Below, in pieces: positions 55,963-64,000 of a stretch of DNA of 64,000 nucleotides. Made by a program: the position numbers and the translations under genes. Each line of letters starts with the position of its first letter. The first letter of the stretch is position 1. The stretch comes from Eledone cirrhosa (lineage: Eukaryota). The notes below the pieces were generated by a model. The model did not search any database. It had not been told where the DNA came from and was given only the letters and a program-made list of their open reading frames with translations. The stretch lies in assembly GCA_964016885.1 (NCBI GenBank), contig OZ024745.1, positions 85,932,001-85,996,000 of the forward strand, written 5' to 3'.

Positions 55963-56457
55963 CATCCGAACCCGTAACTCCAACACCACTTTCTAGCTAA
56001 CAACCTTCTCTTCTCCCCCACACTACAAGACAATACACTGCTTATCACTATACATGGTAACTCAGTACAATTCCTAGATTACTACTACAAAACCAAAAGT
56101 TCACTCACCACATATACTTTATCTGTCCCCTCTCTACCTATATATCTCTCTCTACATCCATTACACTCTCTCTCTCTCTCACCTTTGACCTACCTCCCTC
56201 TCAACATCTATGAACTTGACCTCTGGGGCAATAAATAATTCCGACCTCAACTATCTACGCATCTCTCCAAAAGTAACTAATAAAACCCCTACCATAACAT
56301 TTTGATTAAGATATCTACAAGCCGCTCTCTCCTACTTCTCCAACCCCTGCATATCTTTCCTTCTCTCTCCATCTTCCCTACTTTTCTCTCTTCCTGTTCC
56401 ACTCTATCTTCCCCAACAACCCCACTTAAGGGTTTTTACATTGTATATTTACCATTC

Positions 56458-56569
56458 TGCTCTGAGGAAACAGTGGTCACAGCATTGGATATTCGAGTTC
56501 TGCAAATACTTTTGAATTTGCACGTAGCGGAACTAGGCTGCAGTACCACCGTGGAAACACTTGTAAGCA
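56458..56569 (+). ncRNA. Type I hammerhead with branched stem II
   Basis: tgct-CTGAGGA-aacagtggt..cagc..gttc tgcaaat..atttgca..gaac..gctg..accaccgtg-GAAA-cacttg-TA-agca. Confidence 0.75.
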
Positions 56570-56616
56570 CACGGAATAAACTACCTTTTTATGATGTCTA
56601 CCTGTTATTATTCATT

Positions 56617-56644
<28 letters not shown>

Positions 56645-56673
<29 letters not shown>

Positions 56674-57045
56674 CATGCATATACACATATACACACGTAC
56701 ACAACCATGCCCACACACATGCATACGCATACACACACGTATATGCGTGTGTGTATGTAAAACTCAATCTTAGATAAACCATAAGGACCTTACATAACCG
56801 TATATATAGTAGTAAAGTATTAAAGCAACATAAGGCAATTATTCCATTTACCGAGGGTTTCTTAAAAGCAAAAAAAATTTCCTACAATCTTCAGGATGAG
56901 AGAAACCTGGCTTATCCACACATACACATATATACACACACACACAAATACATACATATATAAATACATACACACATGCACACACACACATACGTATAAA
57001 CATATATACATACACACATACACACACATATCTATATATATATAC

Positions 57046-57076
<31 letters not shown>

Positions 57077-57910
57077 CACACATACATACACACAAATATA
57101 CACACACATACACATAGGTATGTGGAGGGCAAGGCAAAAAGAATATATGTGGGGGCCGCATAGGAGAAGGTAAAATATAAGGGGAGGTAAGGGAGAAAAA
57201 AATATATAATAAATGTAGGTATACAAGAGTACAGAACGTAGAAACAGTAAAATAAAAACCGTAGCAGAAGTAAAGAGCGGGAGAAGGAGTTCAAGGCGGT
57301 TGATTTCTCATAGGAGTGTCAATCCAGTTACAGATCAGGTGCGGTCTCAGATGAGGACAGCATCTGAAGATCTGTCTTTGAATTAAGGCAAGCGGAAGTG
57401 TGTCTCTCAAGTTTAGCAAAATCCTATACTTTTCTGTGGTACACAAAGAACAATTCTTTGTGCCCCTTTGGTACTTCCTCGAAGGGTCCAATATAGACCA
57501 ATCAATAGAGTACGGGATGTTACTATCCTTGAGTTCCCACACCTTACTTGCGAGGGCCGTTGATGTTCGTTTATCGGAGTGCATAAAAGAAGCGAAATGT
57601 GAGTAAAATCTGGTTTTAAACCTGTCCTGGGTCATACCGACATATCGCTCACTCCTGGCTGGCTGGTTGTTGATTACTGGTGTTATCGTAGCCTCATAAA
57701 CGACAGATTTAGTGTTACATCTACCCTGCAATGGGCATTCGTCCGGCTTCCTGCAACTGCATCCTGGATTTATTCTCGTCCGGTTTGAGCTGGTGATTTT
57801 GGACTTCATAGATGGGCAACAAGAGTAGCTGATCTTGACTACGTTCCTATTAAATATCTTATAGTATCTATGATTAGGAGGAAAATGTTTGTCTAATAGT
57901 TCAAGGAATT
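56645..57910 (-). mobile_element. 5'-truncated PLE J2 (GIY-YIG at 57291-57809; HHR at ~56843-56900)
   Basis: CSCRKPDECPLQGRC..VVYEA..YVGMT..FKTRF..CSLC..CPH; HHR CTGAAGA..GAAA-ccctcgg-TA related to J1. Confidence 0.85.
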
Positions 57911-57914
57911 TCCT

Positions 57915-57915
57915 T

Positions 57916-58003
<88 letters not shown>

Positions 58004-58404
58004 AATGTTTGTATATGTTTGTTCTTAGAGGAACAAAGCCAGACAGATTTCTGTATTCAGATTGGAGCCAATCCTTATCATTGGCTTTCTCTTTAGCTTA
58101 CAGGTGTCTGTAAGATCAGTATGGGGTCAGTCATGGTAGATAGATTTGGAGGAAGGGGAGATTCCTTAAAAGCTAAATTCTTAAAGGTTCTAGTTTATTG
58201 ACCAAGGTTTAGGGAATTCTGTGGACAATTTCTAAGTGTAATCTATACAACTGTAGCCATAAATTCACGAGACACTTTCAACAGAACATACCCTGCACGT
58301 ATGCGCGCATGCACGCACACACATGTGTATGGGGGAAAAATATATTTATATTTGTATACGCGTGCGTGCGTGCGCGCATACACATGCGTGAGTGTGTGTG
58401 TGTG

Positions 58405-58477
<73 letters not shown>

Positions 58478-58775
58478 GTGTATGTGTGGTTGTATGGGTA
58501 GTCTTATTTTGTTTTTATTTTTTCCTTACCTTCTTCCTTCTCCAGCCTCACTTTCATATAGCTTGCTTTTTTTGTTTTTAAGATCCAAATTCAATAAACA
58601 AACCAGGATTTTTTCGTTCTGAGGATTGAAAGCAAAACCTTTTGCTTTTAAGAAACCACTGGTAAATGGAATAATTGCCTTATGTTGTTTATTACATAAT
58701 AATAATTAAGCTCTGTTGCTTACATAGAGCACTCTTTTTTCCCGGACTTTTCCGACGGAATTACTTCATACATCT
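57915..58775 (+). mobile_element. PLE 3'UTR family J1, inverted partner of 46975-47630
   Basis: (TG)n followed by a near-identical reverse complement of 46975-47630. Confidence 0.8.
58613..58670 (+). ncRNA. Type I hammerhead ribozyme (J1)
   Basis: ttcgtt-CTGAGGA-ttgaaagcaaaa cc ttttgcttttaa-GAAA-ccactgg-TA-aatgga. Confidence 0.85.
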
Positions 58776-58847
58776 ATTATATATATATATATTATATATA
58801 TATTATATATTATATATATATATATATATTATATATATATATTATTG

Positions 58848-58878
<31 letters not shown>

Positions 58879-59149
58879 ATATTATATATATATATATTAT
58901 ATATAATATATAATATCAAAAGATGGTTAAAAGAGTTCCATGTATTTTATTATGCGAATTTCAAAAACAAATATCATCATGCAATAACATTTGTGTTTTT
59001 ATCAGATAAAATAGGAAGACATGATATGAAGGTTAAAAAACACTTGTGAATAGTGCAGTTTTAAATCAACATCTGAAAAGTAGTTTTAGATTGATGTGTG
59101 ATATTGGGAAAAAAAATTTGAGGGGGCATCAAAATTTGATAACAGCATC

Positions 59150-60367
59150 AAACTAGCTAATTTCTTGGATGTATCTCTTAATCTTGACACTGGCCTATAT
59201 TACCCTTACCATAAAAACAATGAGAACCTAAATTACGTTAAATTTAAATCTAACCACCCCACTAATATTAAGAATGCTTTAGTTAGTAATATTGGAAAAA
59301 GAATATCTAACCTATCTTCTAATAAAAACATCTTTGATGCTAACGCCAATTACTATAATAACGCGCTTTCTAAAGCCGGCTATCCTGATAAAATCAAATA
59401 TAGTAAAGAAACAAATTCTAGAAGATCTTTCAGTAGAATAATTAATCATGATCATTCCAATAACTTTAATAAAAGACCTAGATACAAAAACATAATCTGG
59501 TATAATGCTTCTTTCTCCATCTCTATTAATAATAATATTCCTAAATTATTCTTTAGTGCCTTAAATAAATACTTCCCTCCCTCACATATCTATAGTAAAA
59601 TATTTAACAAATACACTATAAAACTTTCCTATTCGACCTCCTCCAACATTTCCAACATTATCTCTAAACACAACAATAAAATACTAAATACTAAATCTCT
59701 TCCTTCCGACACTGAATATCATAATAATAGTAATAGTACTCCCGACGTCATTGTAAACTCTAGGCTAATTTCTGCAAACCCAAATACAACGTCAAACACA
59801 ACTTCGCTAAATGTTCTTAATCCCATTCTAAATCAAGAAACTATTATTCCTATCGTAAATAACTTCTCCAATCCAATTCCTTCTATAGATAACACTAGGT
59901 GATTCGTTAATAACTCTGCTAATCATCTCTAATTGCAATTGCAATTGCCCTGTTAAAAATAAATATCCTCTCAACAACCATTGTCTTGAAAAAACTTAAT
60001 CTACGAATGTAAAGTTATAACTGACACCAATTCCTTCACCTATTTTGGCTCCACTTCCACCTCCTTTAAAGCTCGTCTTTATAATCATCAATCGTCTTTT
60101 AAATACCAACTTAAAAGAACCAACACGGCTCCCTCAGAACTCATATGGTCCTTGAAAGACAAAAATATTAAATATAACATCTCTTGGAAAAAAATTTCTT
60201 CTGCGTCTTCATACTTGAACAGTTCTCTATCCAAGACTTGTAATATCTGTTTAAATGAAAAATGTACCATTATATCTAATTTAGATTCTATAATAAATAG
60301 ACACACTGACTTGTTTTCTCTCTGCTTGCATAAATTCCACAGAACACTCCATAAAGTATACAGCTAA
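59150..60367 (+). pseudogene. PLE RT thumb, linker, GIY-YIG; frameshifted
   Basis: NFLDVSLNL, SNHP, WYNASF, CNC, IYEC, YFGSTSTSFKARL, CNICLNEK, CLHK. Confidence 0.9.
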
Positions 60368-61263
60368 TATCTAATACTTTATCAATTTAAAATCTTTTTC
60401 TCAAAGGCACATATATATATACTTCTTTAAAAATATACCCATCTTTCTACCTTATTTCAAGGTTATTTATTATACATCATATAATACTAGTTACTCATTC
60501 TATATCACTCCTATTTATCACTTCCCTTTCATCCTTTTCCTTTTCTTTTTCTTTTTCCTTTAATTTCTAACCCCTAATCTGTACCTTTTCTCATTGTGCC
60601 TAACATAGAAACAATTATTACACAGTACAATATATTCTTACTTTATATCACCTTGAAAAAAATCCTTCGTAAACATAAACATTTTTTTTGACGTTAGATT
60701 ATTCATCCTCAATTTATTATTTTTTTCTCCCTTCCATGCTCATCTAACTTATTCATCCTATCTTCTACTTCTTTCACAATATATTCTTACTTACATTACT
60801 ATTGCTATATTTTTACATTTTTTTAATAATACATATCAACATTTTCTTTCCATCGCACATATTATTAAACCCTTAAATATTATTCTTAATACATATTAAC
60901 AATTTCTTTTCATCGCACATATTATTAAACCTTAACTTAACATTATTTTTCTCTTCGTTAATTTTCAAATTCTTTTAATATATATATTAACTTCCAACGG
61001 TTTTTCAACCTCTCTATGTAAAACAATATATTATTCTCAGTTATAAAAGCTATCCCTCTCTCTCTATCACCCATCTCTCCTCCTATCTCATCCTTCCTCA
61101 TTATACTCCTCCCCCTCCAATTTTACTCTCATCTCCTCCTCTTTTTCATCCCCCCCCTCAAAATTTTTTTCATAATATCACATCAATCTAAAACTACTTT
61201 TCATATGTTAATTTAAAACTGCACTATTCACAAGTGTTTTTTAACCTTCATATAATGTCTTCC

Positions 61264-61334
61264 TATTTTATCTGATGAAAACACAAATGTTATTGCATGA
61301 TGATATTTGTTTTTGAAATGCGCATAATAAAATA
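61264..61334 (+). ncRNA. Type I hammerhead ribozyme (family M)
   Basis: tattttat-CTGATGA-aaacacaaatgtta..tgatatttgttttt-GAAA-tgcgca-TA-ataaaata; palindromic stem III ATGCGCAT. Confidence 0.92.
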
Positions 61335-61487
61335 CATGGAACCCTTTTAACCATCTTTTGATCTTATATATTATGTATACTCCAGTCCTACAAACTGTAG
61401 AGTGCTTCTTATCCGATATCTGCATTGCTTTATTGTACTACAATAAAACTCACCTCCTACATATATTATATATATATATTATATATA

Positions 61488-61519
<32 letters not shown>

Positions 61520-61863
61520 TTTATATATATATATATATTATATATATATATATTATATATATTATACATATATATATATATTATATATATTAAATATATA
61601 TGTATATTATATACATAAATATATATTATATATATATATTATATATATAAATATATATTATATATATATATATTATATATATATTATATATATATATATA
61701 TTATATATATATTATATATATATATTATATATATATTATATATATATATTATATATATATTACATATATATTTCATATTAAATAAATTATATATATATAT
61801 TATATATATATATTATATATATATATATATTATATATATATATTATACATATATATATATATT

Positions 61864-62220
61864 ATAGTAATAATATTAAATTTGAAGACTAAAATCCAAA
61901 GAGGGCTCGATAAGGATAAATATATATCGATAAGGATAAATATATATCAAATATATAAGAACCGTAGAGCAAATATTTATTAAAATAACAGATTAAAGTT
62001 TAAGCAAAGAATCGCTGCTTTCACTCTTAATGGGATCATCTGAAACTAACAAATTCAATCTGTAAACGCAGAAGTGGTTATTTCAAAAAACGTTGCAACC
62101 GGAGGAAGACAGGAAGACTATACTTTGGTTCGTGGAAACGTTCGCTGGCAAAGAATGGGAAAAAACGAATATAATACGCGATTCTTTGCTTAAACTTTAA
62201 TGTGTTATTTTAATAAATAT
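61864..62220. mobile_element. Family C head-to-head pLTR pair
   Basis: 61972-62177 is the reverse complement of ~10590-10797; a short plus arm at 62179-62220. Confidence 0.85.
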
Positions 62221-62239
62221 ATATATTATATATATATAT

Positions 62240-63092
62240 ATACCCATCAATTATATTAATCTATATTCTTTTCATAGATGTATTTTTTTCACTAACACTC
62301 TTATCGCAAAACTTTAGTCTCCTTAGATATTTGCATTTGCATTACTATTTTATAACAGCAACTGCTTGTATACCTTTTACTGACCTGACCTATTTTCACC
62401 CCTAAAATAAGCTTCAATTACTACTATTTTACCATTTGGCCAATTATTAACTTTCTATTGGTTAATTCTAAACCTCTTACCAAACAGACAGAATATATTA
62501 GATCTTTGTTATATTAGATCAATGAACAAATAAAATTATTTCTGAGGTCAGCATACGACCTATTTTCTTCCCTAAAATAATCCTTCATTCATAATATTCT
62601 TTTCCATCCAAAACTGAAATCTACCTTCCTCTACCCATAATTTAAGGTTCTTCTACTACTATATTACTATCTTGACCCTCACTATCTCTCTATTGGTCAA
62701 TTCAAAACCTGTTCCCAAACAGACCTATTGTATTGAATCTTTGTTTTTTCAATAAACAAATATCATTATTTCTGAAGACAGCATATATATGTGTAGGTAT
62801 GTATATACCCTCTGATATTTTGTATAAATATTGTACATAGATCTATAGAATATGCATACCAACTCTAACACATATATATCCTAGAAACGATCGTAAAATG
62901 ATGATTTTTTTTAATATAAGGAACTGTCTCTTTGTTTATTCATTATTTTATTAATTTATCTTGACTCTGTTTTCCGTTTATTTTTCACCGAAAGTAGTTT
63001 TTGAATGCATCTTCTCTTTTCATGATATCCGGATTACATTCAGTTCTTCATACGGATTGGACACTACCGTAAACTTTTGGTAGATTTATCTA
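62240..63092 (+). mobile_element. Non-coding PLE-type 3' end (family N) with a diverged ~230-bp internal duplication
   Basis: gacctattt..ccctaaaataa and ctattgg.. aattc.aaacct..caaacagac..ttatttctga occur twice; HHR downstream. Confidence 0.7.
62762..62905 (+). ncRNA. Type I hammerhead with ~105-nt stem II domain
   Basis: atcattattt-CTGAAGA-cagcatatatatgtgt..acacatatatatccta-GAAA-cgatcg-TA-aaatgatgat; 10-bp stem I; palindromic stem III ACGATCGT. Confidence 0.88.
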
Positions 63093-63391
63093 CATATATT
63101 GTATATATATATATATTATATGTTATATATATATATATTATATATATATATTACATATATTATATATATATATATTATATATATATACTATATATATTAT
63201 ATATATATTATATATATAATATATATATTATATATATATTATATATATATTATATATATATATATTATATATTATATATTATATATTATATATTATATAT
63301 TATATATTATATATATATATATTATATATTATATATTATATATAAATATTATATTTATATATTATATATATATTATATATTATATATATAT

Positions 63392-63422
<31 letters not shown>

Positions 63423-63600
63423 ATATATCATATATATATTATATATATATATATATATTATATATATATATTATATATATATATTATATATATATTTATA
63501 TTATATATATATATCATATATATATATATTATATATTATATACATATATATATATTATATATATATATATTATATATATATATAATATCTATAAATATAT

Positions 63601-63631
<31 letters not shown>

Positions 63632-63637
63632 ATTATA

Positions 63638-63675
<38 letters not shown>

Positions 63676-63729
63676 TATATAACATATATATATATAATAT
63701 ATATTTCACATATATATATATAATATATA

Positions 63730-63821
<92 letters not shown>

Positions 63822-63827
63822 TATATA

Positions 63828-64000
63828 TAATGAAACAATTGTTTGGAAAGAGAGATATACTTTAACTATAATTATATCTCATAAAATAATACAACTGGTT
63901 TTTCCACATTATACATATTGTTAGCACCCCAAACACTTAAATTGTGTTTATATTTTAATATAACCTAATGTTTGTTGAGTGAGATGGTTACCAGTCAGAG
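63828..64000 (-). repeat. Family L fragment, runs off the window
   Basis: Reverse complement of ~42306-42480. Confidence 0.85.

Larger units (their letters stand above)
48218..56620. mobile_element. Young PLE concatemer: ~1.7 tandem 3181-bp units on minus (48218-53705) joined head-to-head to a plus copy (53706-56620)
   Basis: ORF stops at 49020 and 52201 are 3181 bp apart; only a handful of substitutions between copies; both ends fuse to (TA)n. Confidence 0.95.
58915..61460 (+). mobile_element. 5'-truncated PLE (family M) with inverted pLTR arm at 58915-59130
   Basis: The left arm is a diverged reverse complement of ~61148-61362 with a mutated HHR (CTGATAA). Confidence 0.9.

Noticed and set aside
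59895-59935. In-frame TGA as possible selenocysteine (known in some Naiad PLEs)
   Set aside because: Not at a conserved Cys, and the copy has adjacent frameshifts; ordinary decay.

Overview
Eukaryotic, host-gene-free transposon nest. The SINE content resembles octopod cephalopod repeats, which is an inference. The window is an irregular (TA)n / T(TA)n microsatellite matrix studded with Penelope-like retroelements (PLEs; RT plus C-terminal GIY-YIG). Most are of the GxYRDDGL / CNC..CPL type and one is a YVDD type. There are also non-coding tandem mini-elements of 259, ~460, 523 and 997 bp, one R4/Dong-like RLE LINE in (TAA)n, RTE-like LINE ends and tRNA-derived SINEs. By eye I can fold about 28 type I hammerhead ribozymes (HHRs) with intact cores from about 12 unrelated families, plus mutated or variant cores. 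About 17 insertions are head-to-head inverted pairs whose outer 3' ends usually both fuse to (TA)n. Best leads: (1) this ribozyme-rich, two-tailed TA-targeting retroelement ecosystem; (2) a 259-bp mini-element carrying a full tRNA-like cloverleaf plus a Pol III terminator instead of a canonical HHR; (3) a young 8.4-kb PLE concatemer whose only ORF lesion is a G8/G9/G8 run just before the catalytic YRDD; (4) strand-polarised T(TA)n arrays that recur as copied blocks. Most ORF-track entries are microsatellite artefacts. Element boundaries are manual and approximate.
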